Positions 22,806 to 34,200 of a stretch of 64,000 bases of DNA are shown in pieces. The stretch spans positions 123,195 through 187,194 of the forward strand of contig NMRA01000328.1 of the NCBI GenBank assembly GCA_002633005.1, read 5' to 3'. Under the pieces are notes generated by a model. It did not search any database. It had not been told where the DNA came from and saw only the letters and a list, made by a program, of their open reading frames with translations. The stretch comes from Phoronis australis. Its lineage: Eukaryota; Animalia; Phoronida. Within the stretch, counting starts at the first letter, position 1. Each line of letters starts with the position of its first letter. Position numbers and translations under genes: made by a program.

Positions 22806-24000
22806 AACTTTCTTGGTGATATTTTTAAGTTCCCGACTCGTGAAATCCTTCCTCTGTAAAAACAGCATACCACGGGGGTTGGCTATGGTGACGGTGGTAC
22901 CATAAAAACGTGTGCAAATCTTGCAAGGCGCGTAACGCACCGGTAGTTCGAAAAAGGACCCACCGTCCATGGGTTTATTTTTGGGTTATGCCCCACGCCG
23001 GGTGTAATAGATGATGTCGTTGGCTTAGGTAGGAAATGACAAGTCGCTTCAGTTGACGAGAGCTGTAAAAATAAAATGTCTTGGAACAATCTTCATTCTT
23101 TTTTTTTAAATTTTCTTATTGTTCGTACAGTTGGATCCAGCCGGCACTTTCTACGAAATCATTGATAGGGACGTGCCTCACGTACTTGTTTCAAAATCCA
23201 GACAAATACAATAAATCATTGGCGGCCAGGCAAATGGGTATTCGAGGCAATAGCTCAAACGATGAAAAGCGGCATTACGGAGGCAACAGCCCCTCCCTTC
23301 TTTCGTTTACCCACACGAAACCGCGTATCCAATCGCGACATACGATACCTAGGACAAAACGGATGTACCCGAGACGATCGAGTTTGCGTCACATTCCTAT
23401 ACTAACCCTTCTAACGTTCGATAGAACCCCCCAGGAGTTGGATAGACAAGACAGGCCTCCGTCCGCAAGTTGCTCTCGTTGGTAACGGGATGGAAATTTA
23501 GAAGCACGGTCGATTTTTTGTCCCATTTCCCTTGACGTCATGGTGCTAACATGGCTTGCACAACGGGTATGGGGACTGTTTCTCGAAGGGTCTGTTAGTA
23601 GTCAATTTTTATATTTTGATCTGCTTCCCTGGAGGCTTCCGAGTTGTTGACAGATTTTATGACGTTCAGCTTTAACTTCAGTGATTTCACGAAACAGGTT
23701 AAGTCATCAGTAGACCGACTTTTAGGCACGAGCCTCGAGAAAGCGCCCCCTGAGGTTTGTGAGGTCTCGTGATTTTTCACGTGCAAAGCTTAGACGAGGT
23801 AATGCAATGCGAAATCGATTTCGTACCACTTCCCCCGCTCACACCGTCGAATAACGCCAGAAATGAAAGTTTGTAGTTCTAACCTACTGAATGCCTATTA
23901 TTTTTGAAGTACATAATGCAACGGGTAGTACACGGCGGATAGGTGGCCTTCTCACGAGTAAAGGATTTTTGCGGTCCTTTGCACGAGACTAATGGTTCAG
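22806..24000 (-). pseudogene. Decayed, intronless Mab-21/cGAS-like nucleotidyltransferase (cGLR)
   Basis: FISG(S)LFDGVSG(G)KWYEIDFAL at 23867-23805 (two small compensating indels; G-to-E spacing restores to 13, as in cGAS GS..E.D). FVLGIVCRDW..W..RR..P (23358-23280). ENLKKKNED..YSSRQLKRLV..Q..W~EQLKERFKD..FSSYHVKTAF..Q..W (23115-22990). LRALQDLHTFL helix, then NPRGMLF..RELKNITKKV~IPEFNLF..KEFLTKQI (22880-22806). Multiple stops and frameshifts. Confidence 0.68.
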
Positions 24001-25665
24001 TATATGATGTACAGTGTGCTTGAAATATCTTTTTAAAAAAGTAAGGTTGATGCATCTAGATTTGTTCCAGTTATAAACTCTTTAACGGCTAAGTTTCAAC
24101 TCTGACATCTTGTTAATTTTTAAAAGTCAAAACTCATCAGCTAAATTATAACTACATTTGTTCATGGCCCTTGACAACTTCTTAAGCCCCATGCATATGT
24201 ACTAAGACTTTTTGAAGAGCAAGATTAATGTAGTGAAATGACAAGAGTATATCAAATTGTAGACTTTTATTTCTCTCTTCAAGTTCATTAAAAACAAACA
24301 GATCCTGACAAGGATTCAAACATCTGCCTTTCTCCATTAGGCATAGTAGTATTACACTGAACAATTTCACCAATCTTTTCACATCCTACTAGTCACTGGC
24401 AATGTCTACAGAATTTCTTACATTCCTGTTCAGACCAAGTCAAATCCAACCAATTACTTGCTAGCTGCTTCCAGGTTTGATAGCATTTTCTGGCGACAGT
24501 GTATGAACATGAATTCACAAAATGGCATAACATTTTTTAAGCGAGCATGTTAACAGCTTAATTTCATAATAGTAGCGTCCACAATTACAGTGGACTGTAA
24601 TAATGGTCACTACATCTCCACAATCTTGACACCTTGGTTTTACAAGAATCGACGATTTCTTAGGAAGACTCATCCATGGGTCGGGAGTATTTTTTACTTT
24701 TTTTTCTCTCACACAATGTGTTGTTACAGGCACACTCACACACACCCCAAAATGTCAAAGTTCACACAAATTACGGAAAAGAGTGAAAAGACTTTTGGAC
24801 GCACACATGCATAAGTTCGCAAAATGTAATACTAAAATCCCTACCAATATTATTCAAAGTCATAAATTTATCAGTAATTGCCTTAACAGTGGTAACAACA
24901 ACAGTTTACATGGGACATTTAAATGTCAATGTCTTATGGCTATGATGAACAGCAACCAAATTATTTGCATTGTCTCGCAGTGCTTCACGCAAGCTGAGTA
25001 GATTAGTTCCACTCTCCTGAGCAAGGAGGTAAGATTGAAAAAGCACCGGGAAAGAATCAATTCACAATCAGTGGTGGAAAACAGGGAAATTCAGCAAACA
25101 CAGAGCAGTAAGTTAAAATATAATTAAAAAAACAAAAATTATTGCAAAACTAAAATTTGTTTGGAACAAGCATGAATGCAACTTTCCTCGCGAGATTTCC
25201 GTGATCTTTCAGTATCTGGAAGATCCTTAAAATTGTAAGAGGAAAAGTACATGGCTCCTTTAACACCTCAGTTCTTGACTCCTATATTACATATCACATT
25301 TTAAAGAAAAGAGGTGTTAAAAATAAATATGCAAATTAATATCTTCACTAAATAGTTTAAAAACGTCCCCTGTTTACAATCTGCGTAATTGGTAACGATA
25401 AACTAACTTATCTAAAAAAATCACAACAAGCATACTACACGGAAAGTAGACAGGGGACACACATATAATACACTATTTGACATATACACCGACGTTTGAC
25501 CAATACGGTAGAAACCATCACTTAATATAACAGTTTAACATATACCCGCAGAAAAAATGCATTTCACTCAAATTTCTCAGACCAACAAGACACGCATTGT
25601 GTACCCCACTTTCAACAATAAATCAACTGGCAACTACACTGAGGTAACATTCTCAAAGTCAAAAA

Positions 25666-25671
25666 TTTATT
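25666..25671 (-). terminator. Candidate polyadenylation signal (AATAAA) for cyclin D; a more distal candidate lies at 24266-24271
   Basis: TTTATT on the plus strand ~430 nt downstream of the stop codon. Usage is unknown. Confidence 0.35.
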
Positions 25672-26102
25672 AGTCAAAATGCAGGAATGTTGCTTTTTCT
25701 AATCTCACAAGCCTCACGGGCTACATGGGAAATTTCAATAAATCAGCGCACATTTTTTCACATAAGACAGCAAATCAAAAATTCTAATTTGACATCAACC
25801 AATGAAAGTCGTGAATGTAAGTAGAAAACAGATTTAGCATAACAGTACTACATCCTTCGAAATAAACTTTTGCATTAGATCTCGACATTACAATGGGTTT
25901 GCTATCCCATAATGTCTCTGTGATTATGACAACACAAAGTGACAGGTTCAAATTTGAAAGAATTTTGTAACGAAACGCTTGTCTGTCTCTGCCATTTAGC
26001 AACATAAGGACAGTCAAACACACACATTCAGTCATCAACATACTATCACACACATTTTCTTAAATAACGGCACAAATTTTCCGCGGCTGTATTGGACATG
26101 CT

Positions 26103-26234
26103 TCATGAAAGATGAACATCTCGTACATCCGTAGGTGTGGTTGGCTGCTCTGCTTCAGGTTTCAAAGATCCAGGTTGAGGAAGATTTGTGGCCAGGGCTT
26201 GCTCTATAAGTTCTTGACACGAGCGCAAAACGTC
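26103..26234 (-). CDS. CCND: G1/S-specific cyclin D, exon 5 (terminal)
   Basis: tttgttttgtag| acceptor. Reads DVLRSCQELIEQALATNLPQPGSLKPEAEQPTTPTDVRDVHLS-stop; TPTDVRDV is the D-cyclin phosphodegron. Confidence 0.95.
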   Translation of the reverse strand, partial: DVLRSCQELIEQALATNLPQPGSLKPEAEQPTTPTDVRDVHLS

Positions 26235-26445
26235 CTACAAAACAAAGGAAGTTATTAAGTGCTTAGCATAGCATGAACATTTGTTAGCTACCACTCATGC
26301 GGTGACCATCAACTTAACTCAAATGTTGACTTTGCCAATCATATTTGAAAGTTTATTCAAGAGGGTGGCATGAGATCAGTCAATTATCGAGTCAAGTAAT
26401 GTTTGGTGGTCATTGCAAATGGCTCAGGTGTCGTGTCAACTGAAC

Positions 26446-26612
26446 CCAGGCCCGTTCCAAGAAACTGACTTAAGTTCATTTTACTTAAGTCTAAGATTTT
26501 TATCAACCTCCAAACTTCCACATCCGGTAAGTTGGTCAAAATTAAAACAAAACTTAAAAACTGATCATAACATTTGTCTAAAGTCAGTCAGTTTTCTTGA
26601 AACATCCCCCTG
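26446..26612. mobile_element. Degenerate MITE (Harbinger-like termini) in cyclin D intron 4
   Basis: CCAGGCCCGTTCCAAGAAACTGACTT versus inverted AGTCAGTTTTCTTGAAACATCCCCCTGG; imperfect. Confidence 0.4.
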
Positions 26613-29600
26613 GCCTGTTCTGTGGCACCACAGCCTTTATATCCAATGAACCTAAACTCTGCTTGAAAAGTGTGTGTTTAGGACCTGTTGCTCAACAGAT
26701 CATAAGTTCTGCCCTGTTCAGCAGACCTCATCAGACATGTTTGACATGTTTAACTAGTCAGGACCACAACAGTTCTCTGCACAAGCTTGCTGGTCAACTG
26801 AATTGAATTTGCCAGCAGAAAGCAATTATCCATGATTGTTCCAGACACAAATGAAAATATTTCAGTCCTTCCAACACAAGAGGATGCACCAAAAAGATCC
26901 GGCTGGCTAAGTCTCAAAGTCCGCATTGTTAAGAAATTTAGTCAAACCCACGCAAATTCCTACAAGGCAAAAACAGAAAGCATACGAGGAGCGGTCATAT
27001 GATGCTAACACTTGACAGTAATCATAAAAACATTTTTAAACGGGAAAATTAAAGTAAGAGTGAAGTGTATTTTGCATTTAACTATTTCAGAGGTATTTGT
27101 GTGGATGAGCAAATGCATTGGGAATTAGTTGTTTCTGGTGGAGTACAAAAATAAAAGTATCCTCCATATGTTTCCTGTCATCTGCTCATCTGCCTAAGTT
27201 ATTACAACACCAGGTCACATGACAAAGACAGGAGGAAACTTGCATCATTTTCAGCAAGGTCATTCGCACAAAACTGTACTTCACTTAAATTTATGGCTAA
27301 TTCATATCACTGGTTGACATGTGAAGCGGAAGTATCTTGTCCCTCTCCTAAGCTAATGCATAGCTTGAAAAACTAAACATTACCAGGCCACTGATGCAGA
27401 CAATTTTTGACATGAGAAAATGTGAGAGCAGACGAAAATGTTAGCGAAGCATAAATAGCAAATAAATGTCTCTCTAGCAGCAAAGCTATTCAACAGCACT
27501 GTGTGACCCCTGCTGCAAATTTAGATCACTTGGTTGGACAGGCAGATGACGTTGAAATGGACACAATAAATCACGAAAATAGTAGCAGATATCAAATTCA
27601 TATTATGCACAGGAAGTTACACAAAACACTGGCCTCATCAAAAACCTGTCCTAGAGTTTGTTTGTGAAGGGATTTAGCAGAGAAACACAAGAGTAAAGCA
27701 TTAAAAGACATTATTCTGCTCATGGCATGGGAATCTATGGGTAAACATGCAAGGAATGCTAGCTGGTAAGGTCCGTTCCCACAGGGTGCACCACACTTGT
27801 ATTGTTCACAACATCATTGTATACATTGTCAGTTCACACTAGACAAAACATTAGGGATGTGAGAAAGTCTACAATCAGCAAATATCTGTGACTCATTTTC
27901 TGGTATTTTCTTATAATCAGTTTTGATTTTTGAACTGCTTGGTACAACCAGACCACCTGTATGAGATACTTTGTTTCAGTTGCACTTTTATGGAACTTGA
28001 TCAGTGAAAATTTCGAATAAAAATCAAGAATTAAATTACGCTTTTAAATAATTGAGGAAAAGTGAAACTCCACACCAGGAAGTGAATTTTGTTGCATCCT
28101 GTTCAACTCTTAAAAAAATCCCAATAAATAAATACAAATTTATACAAACTATTACATATCAGGAACTGAAGGGCATGCTCATTGATAAAATCTGCAGATC
28201 AGTTGAAATTTCCTCCCTCTTCAAGCTGTTGCAGAACCTTCCCACTTCACCCTTTGGCCCACCACGGTGTGGCAATCTCGTTACTGCCTTAATGGTCACT
28301 ATCAGTCATTTGCAAACATAATTTGTGCCTAACTTCCAGGATGTGGCCAATTTTCACGATTTGATCTAATGAAGTTATCAAATGCTTGGAGGACTCCACA
28401 CTCTATACTATTACCCCTATATTAAGAACTTTCATTCACAAATTGTCGCTTGTTAGAAAGGAATTCCATTCTCCGATTTCCTGACATTTGCAACACATGT
28501 ACTCCCCTGACATCGCTCACAATTATCATATGCTGGTGTTATTACATGAGAACCAGATACTCCATGTGCTTGGTCAGAGGATGAACTAAAAGCCAACAAA
28601 CCCTTTGTACAAAAATGTTTAACTATTTTTTGCAGATACAGATTTTTGAAAACAAAAGAATTGTTCGGAAAACATTTCCAAACCATCTACTAAAAATGTA
28701 CAAGACAACAGGTCAATGACTCAGAATACAAGCTTATTATCCATTTTTGTTATGACAATTTTGAAGCTGCTGATCAGTTTTTCCCACCAGATGACTGCAA
28801 GGAAACAGATAGGACACCAGTGAAGAAAAAACTAAGAAAAACAGGGAACCTTGCTGTCTGGGAACGGGGCTATTATTTACTGTTGGAATGCCGAGTACAC
28901 TCCAAAGGTCTGGGAAAATCTGCTCACCAGCAATGTTTTGGGCGAGAAAATTGAATTTAGCTGGAACAAAAGTTGCGCCAACTGAGTGCTCTGTGTGCAT
29001 AGCATTATCAGTGAAGCGTACAAAGACTGGTCAAGCAGCTTCAGGAATTCAAAAAAACAAGATCACTGCACAGAAATAAAAATGTCTCCATCTGTTTTGT
29101 CTAGGTTTGCAAATGAAGCAAAGCAAATTTGGTCAAATTATGGAAGTGCTTGTGAAGTTGTAAAACAGACATTCATTGGAAAATTGTGAGAATGTGGGAC
29201 CCAGTCATAAAATGACTTCAGTAAAAACAACATAAACCAGACAAAGCAGCAAACCGTGCATTAGAAGATAATAGTTTACTTTTTCAGACAATGGATGGGT
29301 TTTAAAATATCTATGTAAATGTGTTTTGAACATAACCTTAGCAAACCTAACTTTATTTACAACAAGCTTCTTCAAACAGGCCCTGTGAACTTGATCATGA
29401 TTTGAGCTAGTGATTTCAGTCTCTGGGTCTCCGAATAATCAAGAAATTTGACTGTTTATCAAACAAAAATTCTGATTAATTCCACAGAAATCACCTTAAA
29501 GGAATGCAGAACAGATTCAAGAATTTCATGTCGTTGTTGACCCTTAAGATTTCTACTTTCTCAGTTCACTTGGCATGAACTAACAATATTAAATTTGTAT

Positions 29601-31064
29601 AGGAAGAAAAATTGTGAGCCAACTATGTGTGCATGAACTTGAATGCACAGTGCTCGTTATAAACACTCCATATATATTGCAAATGTGTTTTCAAGTGTGC
29701 CAATGACATTTCTTCTGCAACTATTACAGGAGGCAGGTCAGTCAGACACAAGCCTCTATCAGTGTTATCTATAAAGCTTACTGGCTCTGGTTTATATTCT
29801 TGTTTTGTTACAAGTTTGGAATTTCACAAAACGAATGTCTTTGTTCTCACTGCTTCCATGAAGTACCCAAGAAAAGATTCTGCAGTTGCCATGGTAAACC
29901 ACCATGATGAGGTATGCCACCCTCAGTGACAACTGGCTTTATGTTGGTCAATTGTCTTTCCCAGCACAACCCCAGTACACGGGCCATTGACAAGGATGTG
30001 GTCTCCATGACAACCATAGGGTTGCCATGGAAACAATTACCCCAGATATACCAAGCAACAAACAGGTGTCTACCAATCCCCCAGCAAATCAGAGAGAAGT
30101 CCTGTGAGATTGGTCAAAAGCCTGTCCAGCCTGTCATCCACGATTTTTAAACAAAGCCTACTCACAAGTGCAGTTGTGGACTGGAATAGGCTTGATGGAA
30201 TTTTTATTGCTCAGGATATGTGCACGGGATGAAACAGTGGACAATATGAAAAATGATTAGACTGGCCAAAGCATGCATTAGGCCAGCCTGATGTGTATTT
30301 CTTCTGGATTTAATTACTGTGATTAAACAAACTTGATACTTGCTACTTCCTGCCTCAGCCAACACCCTGCTTGTGCACATTGACAAGATTAGCAGATAAG
30401 CTGAACCTAAGGTCTCTCATATGGTCTGGCCAGAAAGGACTGGATGGTCCCACCAGTTCATAAGTGGGGGTCTGATTAAACAAACACCACTTAATTTAGG
30501 GAAAACCTTGCTTGCCACTGTCTTTCATTCACAAAAGTGTTTGCTAGTATGGTGCAGGAAGACACATGGGAACTGGTTTCAATAGGAAACATGAGGCGCT
30601 CGGCAGGGTTGGCTCACTGGTCATTTAGTAAGTTAATCAGTGTCAAGGGGATCCTGGGTTACATTTGTTTCAAAAGCAAAAATTTTAGCTATAGATGTAA
30701 AAGCAGAAAAACAGAGAATGCAAATTTATTATCAGTTGGTACTTTGAAGTACTCTCGTCTTAACTTAAAAGTGATTTTCAGCAATGCTAGAAGAGTTTGA
30801 AGTACACCGGCATTTTTAGTAGTGTTAGTAGGCTTTCCACGACTTGCAACTCAGCATGAAACCCAATAATTTAAATCCTCAAGCAGCATCTTTGAAGACC
30901 ATTGTTTTGCACCTTTAGTACAGCAAGTTATCAGTCCTAATTACACATAACTATAGAGGGAATTGCAATTCTGATTTGACCAAATTAGCAATAGGTGGGG
31001 CTTTAAGTAAAATTATCATTTCTAGCGTTATTATTCTTAGAATAGTATAGTATTGCACACTTAC

Positions 31065-31204
31065 TGTATCGATGCCTGTAATCTGGTGAATAATCTTGAT
31101 GAGACTGTATTGGTGAACCCACTCATGCCCTAACAACCCATTGGCTGCGGCACCTATACTGCACGCTGCTATTGTGGACGGCGTGTATATGGCGAATTTG
31201 AAGT
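31065..31204 (-). CDS. CCND: Cyclin D, exon 4
   Basis: ttcag| ... |gtaagt, 140 nt. Reads (D)FKFAIYTPSTIAACSIGAAANGLLGHEWVHQYSLIKIIHQITGIDT (cyclin C-terminal domain). Confidence 0.95.
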
Positions 31205-34200
31205 CTGAAATAAACAAATGAAAACAAACATCAAAATCAATACATAAAAACAATATTAGCATGCAATGAATTTCCTTTTCTCAAATTCTTTTGGATTTGG
31301 ATGTTTCTATAACCACTCATAAGTTCAAACACAATTTAAATTTCAAAAATGACTGGCCGATTTCCTTTAAAAACGTCGTTAACATAACTAATCATCGTTA
31401 AGAATATGTTTCCAATTATTCAGTGCTTTATATAAAACATAAACAGTAACGTTGCAACAAAATCCAGGACTCCCACATAGTTACCCCACACTCTCTCACT
31501 CTCCTTCAAACCTGAAGCTGCCCATAACAACAAACATTTCATCTCAGATAACATTAACATCAACAATGCCAGCCTAGTATTTCAACTATTTCACTGAGGT
31601 AGGGAGCACTCATTATGTCACTACACTTTGAATAATGATTACTCAGTACTTACCCATGCCAAGTGTATGCTGTCTGGACATTGCTTTCTTAAAGCGACCA
31701 ACGTGTATATTACATTTTTAAAAAATTTTTACTTGACTTCATATTATTCCACTTCTCGTGACTTTAACACCTACAGTGATTAGGTCTACATGGCACCATA
31801 TCGTTAAGTTTTCAGTGAATTTTCTCATGAAAAAAATTGCCTTCAGATATCTTTAACACACATCCGACTGACAAGTGCCTATAGACACAAAGTTGATAAA
31901 CACCAATAGCAAATCTGCTGCAGTCTCATTATTGCTTAAGAAACATAATAACATGCCACAATAGAGGTTATTAAAATTCTGGGTTAAAACATATTTACCT
32001 GTTCAAAAATAATAGATATCAAATTGCTTCTGTACCAAAAGAAACCTACCAAAGTTTGTACTTAACCGTTTTGGAAAATAAGAAGTTGTTCTGAAGGTAC
32101 GTTTTACAGGCAGATTGTGATTCAACACAGCAACTAACTCAGATTACAAATCTGAGTGACTTACCAATAATGGTGTAACTTAAGTGTGACAGGCACAATT
32201 TTCAATGCACAAGTTCGACACTAGAGTGCATAAAATGGTTGAAGCCTGAACTTGATGCACGTTAAGATTTTTAAGAATTACAAAAAGCTTTATCGCCTCC
32301 AAACGGAGAGATTGGATTTTTAAGTTTCATTGCAAAAAACAAACAATGAAATCAACATACTTTCAAGTAAAAAAATCTAATCTCACAATGATTTACCCAT
32401 TATGCATGGAAGGCCATACCTTTCCAACCCTTTGGAGATCACAGGCACAAGGTTTCATCTATCAAATTTTAACACAATGGGGATGTGGTCATGAATTGGA
32501 AAGTACCTGATCTCCTTCAGGTATTCTCCTCAAGTGAACTAAATCAGCACCTGCTGTCGAATACCTCAGCATACCTGTTGATTGGCAGTGGACTAGACCA
32601 GTTTCTAACAATCAGCTTTTACTTAAGGTATTGGATGACAAAGACAGACAGATTACACCTCAACAAACCATCAACCCAAACAAAGAAAGTTTTGAACTTA
32701 AACCCCTTCAAAACATCTGCTAGCATGTTTTAATAAATCACCATAACCTATGACAAAAGTCTCATTCTTACACCTACTACTTGCAAAAGCTTAGACAACC
32801 AAATCGCATCAGTTGACCACTTATAACCCAGTTTTGACTCTTTTCACACAAAACAGAGTTCTAGATTGTTATTCAAAATCATCAAGCACATTTCAGAAAA
32901 CCCCCCTTAGTGATGACAAATTCTATAAGCCATTTAACGCACAATTTGGAAATTGCTCCGGGGTTACTGCACTGACAGACAACAGAGAAAAAAATAAGCA
33001 TATTGTTTGGTATCTCCAGCGGAGAAGAGCTTCTACAGGCTGCCACAAGTGGATTGGAATACATTCCTGAATAACATTTTATCCATTGCAATAAAGCTGT
33101 GCAAACTCTATCATAACCAAACCTCGTTCCACCAGTTAAAAGTTGCCCTGAAACAGATGTCTCAGGCAAAAGCCAAGCTGTTTCAATGTCCTTTACAAGT
33201 CAATCATTTCTACCAAGCAAGGCTCCTTCCTGAACAACTAGCATGGAGTTTTGTATCAAAACAAAAAGTCCGTGCAATGCTTCAGGGCATGTCTCATACC
33301 ACAACCATGCATGGTATGCGATGGTGGACTTTCCCAGGAATAAAATACATGGACCTGGAAGTTGAGACTTTCAAAGGCAGGAAGATTATACTATATAACC
33401 CCAAACCAAAGATGAAGAAACAGTGAGCAAAAATAGAGGATAGGTGGTTTGATTTTTAGACACCAATTTTGAAATGAAATGTAACATAATGTTGAAATTA
33501 TAGTATGTGTGCAAAATATAATTTATGGTTATTCAAGAATTATTGGTCTTTTCCACTGTTTGCATATCACGTATTTGTACAAAAGTACTGGCACTCGCTA
33601 ATCTCCTTGGTGATGTCTACTGTTTACCAAATTGGTGGACCATTTTGAAATTCAATGATCCATTGTTTCTAAATATATTTAGCAAATAGAAGCTAAGGGT
33701 TATGTTGAGATAAGCTTGAACACACCATACACTGTGTAAAGCTGGCCAAACTGCTCAAATGGCCGAAGTCAACAAACTATTGACACCCTCCATTCACCAG
33801 ACTGTCAAAGAGCTCTATATCAGTTCAGATAAGGTTTGCCTCAGTCATTCCATTATTTCTAAAAATTCCTTTTGCGTTGTGAACTCAACACCATTTCACA
33901 GCACCCTCTATAGGCACTCTGGTTCACTAGGCACTTTGGCTTGCCATCTGAAACAATTTCCCTTGGCAACACAGGCAAATTGGGTATGATAAGTTGCTTT
34001 GTAATAGCTGCTAGACTGGACATGTGTGGGAAGATTGTCAGTGAAAGTGTTCCTAGGGTTAATTTGATATGGATCTTGACAATGGACAACCACAGAGTGA
34101 AATGGCTTAGTCAACATGCAAGTGTTTCTTAACCAAACACTGACAATGGACCATGATGACAAAACATTCCCCAACTCACTTCTTAAGATGTTTACATTGA

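Noticed and set aside
21074-24000. Endogenous virus or Polinton origin of the intronless CpG-rich block
   Set aside because: No viral hallmark gene, TIR, LTR or TSD was seen, and CpG retention is explained by its intergenic position. Not excluded, but unsupported.
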